Below are positions 1 through 9,350 of a stretch of 64,000 nucleotides of DNA, piece by piece (within the stretch, counting starts at the first letter, position 1; the number at the start of each line of letters is the position of its first letter). The notes under the pieces are model-generated. The model had not been told where the DNA came from and did not search any database. It saw only the letters and a program-made list of their open reading frames with translations. The stretch covers positions 1 through 64,000 of IMG/VR virus record IMGVR_UViG_3300042402_002641; one strand, written 5' to 3'. A program made the position numbers and the translations under genes.

Positions 1-61
1 TATTGGTCGGCTTTGAATGGGCCTATCAACCTGTAATTACTGTGTTTAGGCCGTTGGTGGG

Positions 62-232
62 ATGATGTTTGAAGCATTTATGGTATTCTATTTGTTAGAA
101 TGCCTAGTATTAATCTCTGTGGCAGTTTGGTACTATCATGTGCCTAAAACCGCACCAAAGAAAATATGGAACCCCTGGGGTGAAGTTTGGAACGAAAAGG
201 AGATGACAAATGGACGTGGTAGAGCTGATTAA
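62..232 (+). CDS. small membrane protein (56 aa), not in ORF track
   Basis: ATG at 62 overlaps upstream TGA; MMFEAFMVFYLLECLVLISVAVWYYH.. has one TM segment; overlaps the next gene start. Confidence 0.55.
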   Translation: MMFEAFMVFYLLECLVLISVAVWYYHVPKTAPKKIWNPWGEVWNEKEMTNGRGRAD

Positions 233-539
233 CAAATACGGGTTTCCTATCGTTGCAGCAGGCGGTATGGGCTACATGATTTTCTATGTGTGGACTTGGG
301 CCACCAAAGAAGTCAAGCCTGTGCTTAGTGAGGCCAACACTGTATTGATAGCATTGATTGATCGAATCCGCATGTTGGACAACGATTTAATCAGACTGAA
401 TCAAAAGGTCAATACAGTTCTACATCTGCGTGGTAAGATCATCGAATCAGAGCGTGTGATAGAACAACAGAAAACTGAAGAAGAAGCCAACGCCAAGTTC
501 AAAGATGCATTGGTCGGCACTGAACAATCAAAGAAGTAA
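210..539 (+). CDS. membrane protein, TM plus coiled coil (holin-like/hypothetical)
   Basis: AAGGAG RBS; N-terminal YGFPIVAA TM helix followed by coiled coil. Confidence 0.6.
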   Translation: MDVVELINKYGFPIVAAGGMGYMIFYVWTWATKEVKPVLSEANTVLIALIDRIRMLDNDLIRLNQKVNTVLHLRGKIIESERVIEQQKTEEEANAKFKDALVGTEQSKK

Positions 540-543
540 CAAT

Positions 544-2595
544 CTATTTTGTCGAAGCGTGGAAAATTCCATCCCAATCTTCAGGCAATTTCTGTGTCGA
601 TTGGAACTCGCAACGTTCGATCCACATATCATAATAACCACTTAATCTGCCGTCGAACTGATCTCTCAGCTGTTTGCACATGCTGATTGCGGTACTGAAA
701 TTCTGTGATCTATATGCACCATGCATGGCATTGTGTATTTTCTTAGACACATGGTAGTCAGGAGTGACGTCGTCTAAGACTGTATAGATAGCGATACCTA
801 CTGTCTTGCCCTTGACTGCTAGATCGTCTATTTTTAGAAAGAAGAAATCATCACCACACTGGTCTACTGTGGCCCCACCGACTAATAGCACACACCCATA
901 TTCTTTGCATTTGCTTTCAATACGTGCCGCAGTACTGACAGCATCACCTAGGATATCATAGCTGTGCCTTGCAGTAGATCCCATCTCTCCAATGTAGCCT
1001 AGGCCCGTGTTGATACCTGCACCCATAGCAATAGCAGGACGGCCTTCTGCAACAATCTTATCATTAAATTGTTTTACTGCCTTCAACATGTTAAGTCCTG
1101 TACGAACTGCTGTTTTTGGATGGTTAGGATCTTCAATAGGAGCATTGTGTATGTGCATACTGGCATCACCGATATACTTGATGATCATACCATCAGCATC
1201 TAACACAGGTTGTGTAATAGCATCCATATACCCGTTCATGATACGTGTTAGTCCTTTAACGTCGTCACCGAAACTTTCACCTAATGGTGTAAACCCACGT
1301 AGATCACTAAAACATATTGAAACTTCACGCTTCATTCCATCCTTGATGAGTGCAGGATTCTCAGCAAGCATACGTACAACTGTTGGACTGGCATATCCGG
1401 CAAACTGTTTCTTTATGGCCTGTTTCTGTAGAAACTCACTTACAAACTTGACACCGTAGGCATGCAGAGCGACCAAGATTGTGCCAACAAGAATGGCAGT
1501 AGCGTCAAATAAGAATAGAAAATTAGAGAAAGCGTAGTGACTACCAAAGACCACACCAACACATATAATGATAACACTCGCAAGTCCCGCATATACCCAC
1601 CTCGTTAAAAATAACAATAGTATTCCCACTGCTAGAATCGCAATGATTTCTAAACCATCAGCATAGTCGGGACGCTGTATTACCACACCATTTATCATGG
1701 TGCCAATTGCGGCAGCTTGTGCATCTTGTGGAAATACTGCGCCTTTGGCCGTAGGCAATGGATTACTAATACCAGCGGCTGTTGGGCCTACAATAACTAT
1801 AGCACCATTAAAAGTTTTAGGTAAGTTCATTAGACTCACCTGTTGGTTTTCTTGACTCCAATCGATCCATACACGACCTAGGTTGTCTGTAGTAATAGGA
1901 CCAAACTTAGGTATGCGCATTTTCTCAACGCCACCTTCGTTGAGCTTAACCTGGAACGTAGAGTCGCCAGCAGCAACACGAAGTGTTTCCATAGCGATAC
2001 TAGGATACAGTTTACCGTCTACAGACACAATCAACGGCAGTCTACGATTCACGCCGTCAACTTCTGGTAGTGTGCCAACTATTCCAATGCCTGCTGCCGC
2101 ATTTTCTAATTGGGGTATGTTAGCAATCAGTCCCGGATATTGGACGATTTGGTCCTGCCACTCTGGGCCTAGCACTGCTGAACCTGGATTGCGTGGCGTA
2201 TTTTTTGTTCGTTGGCTAGGCACTGATCCTAGCACTACTGGATATTGTTTTAGAGCCGTTGCGAAAACAGCATCACCACCAGTGCGGTCAGGCTCAGCCA
2301 TGATAACATTGAGCACAACAAGGCCAGCACCACGATTATAGAGATCTTTAATAATTTTTGCATACTCTGCCCTCGGTAAAGGCCATTGACCATATTTGTC
2401 TAAGGCTGCTTCATCTATGTTTACTGCGTAGATGTTATTGGCTGTCGGTGCTTTGGCAGTGATTAAGGTATCGAAGTAGCGTAGTCTTACACTTTCTACA
2501 AAGACAGGATCAGCGATTCTTATACTTATAATAAGTGCTAATGTCAGCAGTGCAGTCCACGGACTAGTTAGGATTTTTTTGATTAGTTTTTGCAT
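544..2595 (-). CDS. CHASE2-domain class III adenylate/guanylate cyclase
   Basis: CHASE2 motif IDEAALDKYGQWPLPR, 3 TM helices, cyclase motifs FSDLRGFT, KYIGDA, GINTG, YDILGDAV; start chosen at MQKLIKK behind TAAATA. Confidence 0.93.
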   Translation of the reverse strand: MQKLIKKILTSPWTALLTLALIISIRIADPVFVESVRLRYFDTLITAKAPTANNIYAVNIDEAALDKYGQWPLPRAEYAKIIKDLYNRGAGLVVLNVIMAEPDRTGGDAVFATALKQYPVVLGSVPSQRTKNTPRNPGSAVLGPEWQDQIVQYPGLIANIPQLENAAAGIGIVGTLPEVDGVNRRLPLIVSVDGKLYPSIAMETLRVAAGDSTFQVKLNEGGVEKMRIPKFGPITTDNLGRVWIDWSQENQQVSLMNLPKTFNGAIVIVGPTAAGISNPLPTAKGAVFPQDAQAAAIGTMINGVVIQRPDYADGLEIIAILAVGILLLFLTRWVYAGLASVIIICVGVVFGSHYAFSNFLFLFDATAILVGTILVALHAYGVKFVSEFLQKQAIKKQFAGYASPTVVRMLAENPALIKDGMKREVSICFSDLRGFTPLGESFGDDVKGLTRIMNGYMDAITQPVLDADGMIIKYIGDASMHIHNAPIEDPNHPKTAVRTGLNMLKAVKQFNDKIVAEGRPAIAMGAGINTGLGYIGEMGSTARHSYDILGDAVSTAARIESKCKEYGCVLLVGGATVDQCGDDFFFLKIDDLAVKGKTVGIAIYTVLDDVTPDYHVSKKIHNAMHGAYRSQNFSTAISMCKQLRDQFDGRLSGYYDMWIERCEFQSTQKLPEDWDGIFHASTK

Positions 2596-2736
2596 GACTA
2601 TATTTATTTGAACCATTCGTTTTAGGTTTAGCAAAAATTCTATTAGTCAACTGTCCGTGATTTTTTTTATCTGCTTCTAGTTGTCGATGTAGGTGTCTTT
2701 TAAAATCGTCGTCTGTCATTGAGTTCCTTAGTTAAT

Positions 2737-3030
2737 TTATATAGGCGTACCAAAATTTGAAACGGAGTTAGAGCCTGTTCCCAATATGCACGTAGTGGTT
2801 GGAGTCATTTTAAGCAATGTCCAGTTTTGAGTTTTTTCATTGATCCAAAGAGAATATACAGATTTATCGTTGACGTGTGAACCTTTCCAGGATAATTTTT
2901 CTTCAAATTCTTTCTCTAGTACTGAGATAATTTTTTGAGTATCGTCACAGACGATAGGATAGTCATATCTGAATTGAGCGTTGGCCGGGCTGGATAAGCA
3001 GACAAGAAACGCCAGTAAAAGCATTCGCAT
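2737..3030 (-). CDS. secreted hypothetical protein
   Basis: AGGAG RBS, signal peptide ending ANA-Q, two Cys in mature part. Confidence 0.7.
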   Translation of the reverse strand: MRMLLLAFLVCLSSPANAQFRYDYPIVCDDTQKIISVLEKEFEEKLSWKGSHVNDKSVYSLWINEKTQNWTLLKMTPTTTCILGTGSNSVSNFGTPI

Positions 3031-3059
3031 TACCAGCTCCTTAAACTAATATTTACCAG

Positions 3060-3542
3060 TTATCTAGTTATCATTGCAAAAGTGAAAAGCACAGTAGGCA
3101 CGGCTATTGCCATAAAACTTGTACCTATAAGTAGTCTATCTATCATGTCGGACTGTGCTTGGATTCTGGCATTTTTTATGTCTGCTTCTAGTTTAGCACG
3201 TTCTTTGTACATTCTCACACGTTCGGCCATCATCTGATCCCACACATCACTGTTCCCGGAATATATCAATAATTCTTTCAGTTGTTTTTCTGCGTCTCTA
3301 AGTGCTTTGCTCTGCATGGCAATTTCTATTGACATGGCTCTAATCTGTCCGTCTGTGAGAATCTTTTTGCTGGTTTGTGCTGCTACATTAGCACTATGAA
3401 TCTTATCGCTGTTTTCAAAGAACTTGGCAAACTGTCCGTAAAGACTGTTGACATCCTTGCCCAGAGCAATGGCTTTTTTAATATAACCTACTGATTGTTG
3501 TGCGGCTGTGAAAGCAAGGCCAATTGTGATAGGATCGATCAT
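3060..3542 (-). CDS. hypothetical phage membrane protein
   Basis: MIDPIT start, coiled coil, C-terminal TM. Confidence 0.7.
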   Translation of the reverse strand: MIDPITIGLAFTAAQQSVGYIKKAIALGKDVNSLYGQFAKFFENSDKIHSANVAAQTSKKILTDGQIRAMSIEIAMQSKALRDAEKQLKELLIYSGNSDVWDQMMAERVRMYKERAKLEADIKNARIQAQSDMIDRLLIGTSFMAIAVPTVLFTFAMITR

Positions 3543-3694
3543 GTTTTCTTAGGATCCTTATCTTTGGGCTGCGGTTTTGACCATTCTACGCAGACGACTT
3601 TTCTACTATAAACATCACCAGTCCATGTCCATTTTACGCACCGAGGTTCGTTGGGGTTTAACCCTGCCAGAAATATGCTTAGAATTAGGTCCAT
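3539..3694 (-). CDS. small Cys/Trp protein (51 aa), not in ORF track
   Basis: GGAG RBS; MDLILSIFLAGLNPNEPRCVKWTWTGDVYSRKVVCVEWSK..; TGA overlaps next ATG (ATGA). Confidence 0.7.
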   Translation of the reverse strand: MDLILSIFLAGLNPNEPRCVKWTWTGDVYSRKVVCVEWSKPQPKDKDPKKT

Positions 3695-3727
3695 TGTCGC
3701 TCCGTACCTGTATGGTATTTAGCGGTA

Positions 3728-5401
3728 TTATTGGCCTTGCGTCACTGTGATTTTGGCACAGCCACCTGCTGTGGTGCAGTTATGTGTAATTGAGTAATAA
3801 TTCTGTGTGCTGCCGCTTTGCGTTAGACTTAGATCAGTAGGTGTGCCGCTTAGATTAACTTTGGCCATATGTCCAGCTGAACCCTGCTGTGTTATATCAA
3901 CATTCTTATTACCGCCACTTAGAGTAATTTCAGCATAATGGCTGCCGCTGTCTTTTTGTTGTACCAGCAAACTATTATTATTACCGCTGACATCAGCAAA
4001 TATTCCTTTAGTACCACCTGTGCTAGTTTGTTGTAAATCTACTGTGTTAAAATTACCCACAACTCTTAAGTCGACATAATTTGCTTGTGTTGCAGCATTT
4101 CCAGTTTGTGTAATATTAATATCATTGCTTAGACCATTGCCGTAGTATTCAACATAATTATTTCTAGTGCCGCTTTGATTTACTTCAACTACGTTCTGTG
4201 TGCCAATTTGTTCTATATGAACCTGACTATCTGCTGTTGTTCTATTGACAAATGTTAAAACTTTGGCTGTGTTAGTAGTCGTAGCGTTAAATGACGCTGC
4301 ACTGCCTCCGCAACATAGGGTATTTGCGGCCGCAGTTACAGGATCAACAATGGTATTGCTAGAAGCAGTTGATGTTGTTGTACTGTTGGCATCGTAGTAA
4401 TAGGTAATCTCAGCAATCTGCATACTGTCACAGTTTAAACCACACCCATCTCCCGCCTTTGTTGTCGGAAATAACATAAAGTAATAAGCATAAGCAGTAG
4501 TATTGCCAATATCTATAACGGCCGAAGTTGTATAGCGAGATTCACTTAAAGAAATTGAATCTTGTTTAATTAATGTCCATGTTGCGCCATCATTGCTTCC
4601 GTAAAGTTTATAACTAGTAGGATCTCGTCCACTAAAATCATTTGCTGTTGTGACTGTAAAATGTGTGACTACTCTACCAGAAGTTAGTTGTATTGTGACT
4701 CCAGCATTCTTTTTATCGAAGTTTAGATATTTTGTGTTAGGATTATTGTCAAAAGCGTTGTTAGGTCCTTCGCTACCAGGGCTGTTATTACTAGTTGGAA
4801 TTGCTCTTATAATATTTACAGTAGCGTTATTCATATAGATTGCCGTAGGAGCAGGCGGTGGCGGCCCGGCCGGCGCGGCAGTTTGACCTGCGGCTAAGGG
4901 AGTCGTTGATCCGTTAGTAGCATAATTATTAACCTGCGCTACTGTTGGGTTCAATGTACCAGTCCATGTAACACCACTTGTGTTGGCAAATCCTTGAGTC
5001 ATACTAAACAACTGTCCGGTGTTATTGTCATTGCCCACAAAGAAGAAATAGTCCGTGCCCATGTTGATAATGTGGCCAGTGCCCATTACTGCTTTTTGCG
5101 TGCCTGCCGATGTGTACTGAATAGCATTCCATGGATTTGTAGCATCTCCAGTGGTGGCAAATTTAACATAGTCGCCAGCGGCCCAACTTAATTGTCCGTT
5201 GTACCAGGGTATTTGATATGCTGTACCTGGGTTTTTACTGTAGATTTGACATGTAGTTGTGTACATACAAGCCTGAACGTTCCATTGACTGTCTGCTATT
5301 TGATATCGTCCAAACTTTAGATCAACAAGGCCTGTTGCTTGACTGTGTGCAGATAAACAGAATGTAATTAGGAATGAAAATATTAGTAAGAACCGTTTCA
5401 T
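3728..5401 (-). CDS. secreted protein: discoidin/F5-8-like carbohydrate-binding domain plus C-terminal curlin-type repeats
   Basis: Signal peptide; NAFDNNPNTKYL..RDPTSYKLYGSNDG..MQIAEI discoidin motif; N-x5-Q-x-G repeats (NVVEVNQSG, NDINITQTG). Confidence 0.8.
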   Translation of the reverse strand: MKRFLLIFSFLITFCLSAHSQATGLVDLKFGRYQIADSQWNVQACMYTTTCQIYSKNPGTAYQIPWYNGQLSWAAGDYVKFATTGDATNPWNAIQYTSAGTQKAVMGTGHIINMGTDYFFFVGNDNNTGQLFSMTQGFANTSGVTWTGTLNPTVAQVNNYATNGSTTPLAAGQTAAPAGPPPPAPTAIYMNNATVNIIRAIPTSNNSPGSEGPNNAFDNNPNTKYLNFDKKNAGVTIQLTSGRVVTHFTVTTANDFSGRDPTSYKLYGSNDGATWTLIKQDSISLSESRYTTSAVIDIGNTTAYAYYFMLFPTTKAGDGCGLNCDSMQIAEITYYYDANSTTTSTASSNTIVDPVTAAANTLCCGGSAASFNATTTNTAKVLTFVNRTTADSQVHIEQIGTQNVVEVNQSGTRNNYVEYYGNGLSNDINITQTGNAATQANYVDLRVVGNFNTVDLQQTSTGGTKGIFADVSGNNNSLLVQQKDSGSHYAEITLSGGNKNVDITQQGSAGHMAKVNLSGTPTDLSLTQSGSTQNYYSITHNCTTAGGCAKITVTQGQ

Positions 5402-6495
5402 GGACGTCTCAACACTCCAGTCTTCTGTACAATGTTTACAACGTTGCCACCCGGATCGCCACTGCCAACAATAGTGTAGGCATATTGATCATCATGACTG
5501 ATGGCGACAAATGTGTTGGAATTGTAGCCTGATGTTTTCACCTCAGCATAGTGATCAATGTTGGTACGATAGGCTATACCGCGTCCTCGACTTTCAATGT
5601 CCGGCGAATCTGACTTTTCCCAAGCCACACACACTGATGTGCTGGGATTGCAACCTGCTCGACCTAGATATTCTTCCAACAATAATAGTCTAGCACGTTC
5701 GATAGATTCGTCTGCTTCACGTGCTCGCTGTGCAATTTGTCGTTGTGCTTCTGCCTCAGCTTCATCGGCTTCTCGGTCTCGTTTGCTGCGTGCCTGTTCT
5801 CGGATGGCCTGTGTGATCTCAGGTGGTGCCAGCAAGATCAAATTGTTGCTGATTTTACTTTCTACAGTGTTGATCACAGTGGGTGCAGTGGGCATGTTGT
5901 TGGCACTGGCCACGAATGTGGCTTCAAATGCCTTATCTAATGTGACTGTACCTGCGTCCGTGGTGACCAAAATACTGCCTACTTTGCAACGGTTTTCCTC
6001 TAGCTCATAGGTCTTGATGTCGCGATCATCCTTGCAACTGGGCACCAACACAATGAGACTCTGTCCAGTTTCGTCCACAGTCATGGTAAAGTCAGTGCCG
6101 CGTACCGCCACAGTGGCAGTGGGGGTTTTGATGTTGACCTGTTGGGGATTGTTTTTGGCGATCTGCCCTGACGCATAACGCACAGTTCCCATGCCTACTT
6201 TCATAGCCAACTTGCCTGCGTCTGAGTTTTTTGGATCGTATACAAAATCGTCAATCACTAGTCTAGAATTCTCAGTGACCTTGACTTTGGTTTCATCACG
6301 AAACGTAATGCTGCTGACGCATGCACCAGTGGTATAAGTGTCCATGCTTTCAATGGCAGCGCCTTTGATGCCAGACAATTTTTTCTTGTTGCGTTCAACT
6401 TCGCAGGCAGTGCCCTTGTTTTCGCTCACCGTGCCAATGCCAGCCCATGCAGGACTCACTGCGGCCAACAACAGTGCCAGCATCAGCCACCGCAC
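5398..6495 (-). CDS. FecR-domain periplasmic protein
   Basis: Signal peptide; FecR signature IKTPTATVAVRGTDFTMTVD. Confidence 0.88.
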   Translation of the reverse strand: MRWLMLALLLAAVSPAWAGIGTVSENKGTACEVERNKKKLSGIKGAAIESMDTYTTGACVSSITFRDETKVKVTENSRLVIDDFVYDPKNSDAGKLAMKVGMGTVRYASGQIAKNNPQQVNIKTPTATVAVRGTDFTMTVDETGQSLIVLVPSCKDDRDIKTYELEENRCKVGSILVTTDAGTVTLDKAFEATFVASANNMPTAPTVINTVESKISNNLILLAPPEITQAIREQARSKRDREADEAEAEAQRQIAQRAREADESIERARLLLLEEYLGRAGCNPSTSVCVAWEKSDSPDIESRGRGIAYRTNIDHYAEVKTSGYNSNTFVAISHDDQYAYTIVGSGDPGGNVVNIVQKTGVLRRP

Positions 6496-6497
6496 TG

Positions 6498-7313
6498 TTA
6501 TCTCGCTATGGCTGACACAGGTGCCACAATGGCTGAACTGCTGGTTCTCACTGTGACAGTGTTGTTGCTGCCTTGTGTTTGAATATTCACAGTAGTGTCG
6601 TTGGTACCTTGTTGCTGTGTGGTAATGCTATTGAAATCGCCCACTGTGGCCATGGCCAATACATGACCGTTGGCGCCAGCTGCATCAATCTGCTGTATGT
6701 TAAACACATTGCTGTCGCCTGTAATAGCGTTGGTCACTGTGCCACGACTGCTGAGCAGGTCACTGGTAATTTGATTGCTGTTGCCAGTGATCGTGGTAGT
6801 AGTGACAATTTCGTTGCCCACTAGATTCTGTATGATCATGTTGCTGTTGCCAGTGATAGTTTCTGTGATCACATTGTCCTGATTGGCCGCTGCATTGACA
6901 TTGCCCACAGTCAATCTAGTTTGATTGCTGTTGCCTGTCACAGTGCTGTTGTAGGTGTTGAGATTGCCCATGATGTTGTACTGCGCAGAGTTAGCATTGC
7001 CGGTCTGCGTGATACCTACTATGTTGTTGCTGCCTGTAATGGTGCCATAGTTACTGGCACTAGGTGCGTCTGGAGTCAGTGTAGTGATACCTGTGCCAGC
7101 CACTACGGTGGCCGTGGTTGTGGTCACTCCGCCAACATTGTTGGTGCCACCAACTTGTTCAATGGTAATAACGTTACTGCTACCAACCTGCTCAATATAG
7201 ACCTTATTAGGTCCTGTAGCAGATTGTGCCCAGACTAAGCTGGTTCCTAGAACCATTACTGCTGCGAGTAATTTTCTCGACAACTCGCTATTGCCTGTCA
7301 TTCTTTTTTTCAT
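6498..7313 (-). CDS. curlin-repeat protein (CsgA/CsgB-like)
   Basis: Signal peptide; N/Q/G/T-rich repeats NKVYIEQVG, NVITIEQVG, NIVGITQTG; downstream of csgG/csgF. Confidence 0.8.
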   Translation of the reverse strand: MKKRMTGNSELSRKLLAAVMVLGTSLVWAQSATGPNKVYIEQVGSSNVITIEQVGGTNNVGGVTTTTATVVAGTGITTLTPDAPSASNYGTITGSNNIVGITQTGNANSAQYNIMGNLNTYNSTVTGNSNQTRLTVGNVNAAANQDNVITETITGNSNMIIQNLVGNEIVTTTTITGNSNQITSDLLSSRGTVTNAITGDSNVFNIQQIDAAGANGHVLAMATVGDFNSITTQQQGTNDTTVNIQTQGSNNTVTVRTSSSAIVAPVSAIAR

Positions 7314-7469
7314 CTTGTGTCTAATGTTGGTTTATTATTTGCCAACAAGTTCCTTGGTCTAAGACCGTTAATGTTCCTTGTAATTTATTTAATACTCACT
7401 GCACAAAAATTAAATGCCGCTGTTAAAATTCTTACATGTGTATTTTCCAACATGTAAAAATATCAACAC

Positions 7470-8774
7470 TTATGGCTTAATTGGACTCAACATACTAATT
7501 GGAACGAATCCTTTTTTGCCATCTCGAGTTTGTACCTTAACCCAATTATTATCAACTTCAATTACTTTTACTTCTGTGCCTTTTAAAAACAACCATTGCC
7601 TTGTGCTTGCTTCGATAGCTTTGGCTCTAACATAATACGGCTCTTTAAAAAATTTCACGTCACCAACTTTGACTTCTTCTTTTGGTGTTACTGTTGGTAC
7701 TGCTGCTGGCGCTGGTGGAACAACTGTTGTAATAGGTTTGACATCATTTTTAGGTTCCTCCTTCTTTACTTCTGGCTTGATTTCTGGCTTGATTTCTGGC
7801 TTGATTTCAGGTTTGACTTCTGGTGCGGGCTCGTTAGCTTTGCCTGTTCCATTGCCTTGTCCGCCATTGGACTGCTGTGGTGCGGGGTTAGGTGCACTTT
7901 TGGTGGGGGCGGATTCTTTGGGGGTTTGTGTTTGAACCAACTCATTCTTTTCCTCCTTGAAACTCCAATGTCCTTTACGGGCACCTTCATTAATAGTCTG
8001 GACCACTGCTGCCTGCACAGCTACGTCCACTGCTCGGTTGATACTTTCGTTAATGCTGCCGCCAATCTCACCTTCCACGGCATTGGCATTGGCTCCTAGT
8101 GTGGTGCCATCGCCCACGAAACGCAGCAAGGTCAATTTGTCCATGTAGCTCAACACAGTTTTGGTCACGGTCACAGTTGTGAGTATTTCACCAGTGGCCA
8201 CACTAACTGTTCTTAGAGTCACTGTCACTGTGTCGCTTTGATATTGTGTTGATGCACCAATACCAAAAATTCTCACACCCGAACCACCTGTGAGTGTATT
8301 CGAATCGTAGCCAACAATACCACCTTCCATAATGATACCAGCAAACATCATTGGCGGTAGCGATTTGGCATCCTTACCTTGATACTGTTCACGCATCTGA
8401 CGAATCATCTGTCGTTCTTTGATCAGATTGTCCAGTCCCCCACGTTCTAATACAGTGAACCAACGTTGATCACCTACGTCTTGCAGAGCTTTGATTAGAT
8501 AGTTTTCAGCGCCCTGTGTCACAGCTGAACTCAAACTAGCAATCAAGGGCTGGCTTTTACGTTGTCCTGTTAGATCACGGAACCCATAAACAGCCACAGC
8601 CACTGGCCCGCCTTGTGGTGGTCGTAGTTTGTTTTGTTCTTGCTTTAGAAACTTACTGGCTTCGACTCGAGGTGCATCAAATTGATTGCTGGTTATTTTT
8701 TCACGTACGGCTGAACTTGATGCGCAACCAGATAATACTGCCACTACTGCTAGAGATATCAATGTGTGTTTCAT
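7470..8774 (-). CDS. csgG: curli secretion channel CsgG with Pro-rich linker and C-terminal SH3-like domain
   Basis: Lipobox LSGC; VAVYGFRDLTGQRK, STAVTQG-like SSAVTQGA, FTVLERGGLDNLIKERQMIR; C-terminal WVKVQTRDGKKGFVP. Confidence 0.92.
   Translation of the reverse strand: MKHTLISLAVVAVLSGCASSSAVREKITSNQFDAPRVEASKFLKQEQNKLRPPQGGPVAVAVYGFRDLTGQRKSQPLIASLSSAVTQGAENYLIKALQDVGDQRWFTVLERGGLDNLIKERQMIRQMREQYQGKDAKSLPPMMFAGIIMEGGIVGYDSNTLTGGSGVRIFGIGASTQYQSDTVTVTLRTVSVATGEILTTVTVTKTVLSYMDKLTLLRFVGDGTTLGANANAVEGEIGGSINESINRAVDVAVQAAVVQTINEGARKGHWSFKEEKNELVQTQTPKESAPTKSAPNPAPQQSNGGQGNGTGKANEPAPEVKPEIKPEIKPEIKPEVKKEEPKNDVKPITTVVPPAPAAVPTVTPKEEVKVGDVKFFKEPYYVRAKAIEASTRQWLFLKGTEVKVIEVDNNWVKVQTRDGKKGFVPISMLSPIKP
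7770..7823 (-). repeat. 12-bp tandem repeat encoding (KPEI/V)n in the CsgG linker
   Basis: ttctggcttgat units on the plus strand; protein EVKPEIKPEIKPEIKPEVK. Confidence 0.85.
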
Positions 8775-8777
8775 TGC

Positions 8778-9260
8778 TTATCCCCCAAATCCAAACGTAC
8801 CACTTGGCACTGTAATTTCTGTAAACTGCCTAGGATCCAAGACGTTTTCAATTCTAACAACAATGTTAGTTCCTACTACTTTCCACGTGATGTTGTTGCC
8901 TGCAACTTCCATTTGTCCGCAATTTCCTGCACTATTGGCTGAACACACCGGCACTCCGTCGACTCCAAACAGACTATCTGTGATCTGTTTTGCCAACTGT
9001 GAATAGATACGGCTTTCCAAGTTGGCTTGAAACTTGGCCTGTGGAGTGTTTAATGCATCGCTTTCTGCTTTTGCTTTAAGTGCATCGGCGGCGTTTTTGT
9101 TTTTGTCTCTGGCCTGTGTTTCTAGTTGATGTATTGTGAGTACGTGTGAACTGTAGCCAATGCCTGAAAAGGATGGACTATTAAAACTGTGTTGTAATTC
9201 TGCTGCGCCGACCATTGATGATGCAATAATCAACACGGCGGTGGTTGTAGACTTAACCAT
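8778..9260 (-). CDS. csgF: curli assembly protein CsgF
   Basis: Signal peptide then ELQHSFNSPSFSG (CsgF F-x-N-P-x-F-G-G-like), F..NLESRIYSQLA; directly upstream of csgG. Confidence 0.85.
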   Translation of the reverse strand: MVKSTTTAVLIIASSMVGAAELQHSFNSPSFSGIGYSSHVLTIHQLETQARDKNKNAADALKAKAESDALNTPQAKFQANLESRIYSQLAKQITDSLFGVDGVPVCSANSAGNCGQMEVAGNNITWKVVGTNIVVRIENVLDPRQFTEITVPSGTFGFGG

Positions 9261-9350
9261 CGATTCGCTCCCGGTAGTTACTATTAGTATTTACACGGTG
9301 AGGATGAAGAATTATGTGACGAGTTTAATCTAGATTAAAAAGGTAATTAA

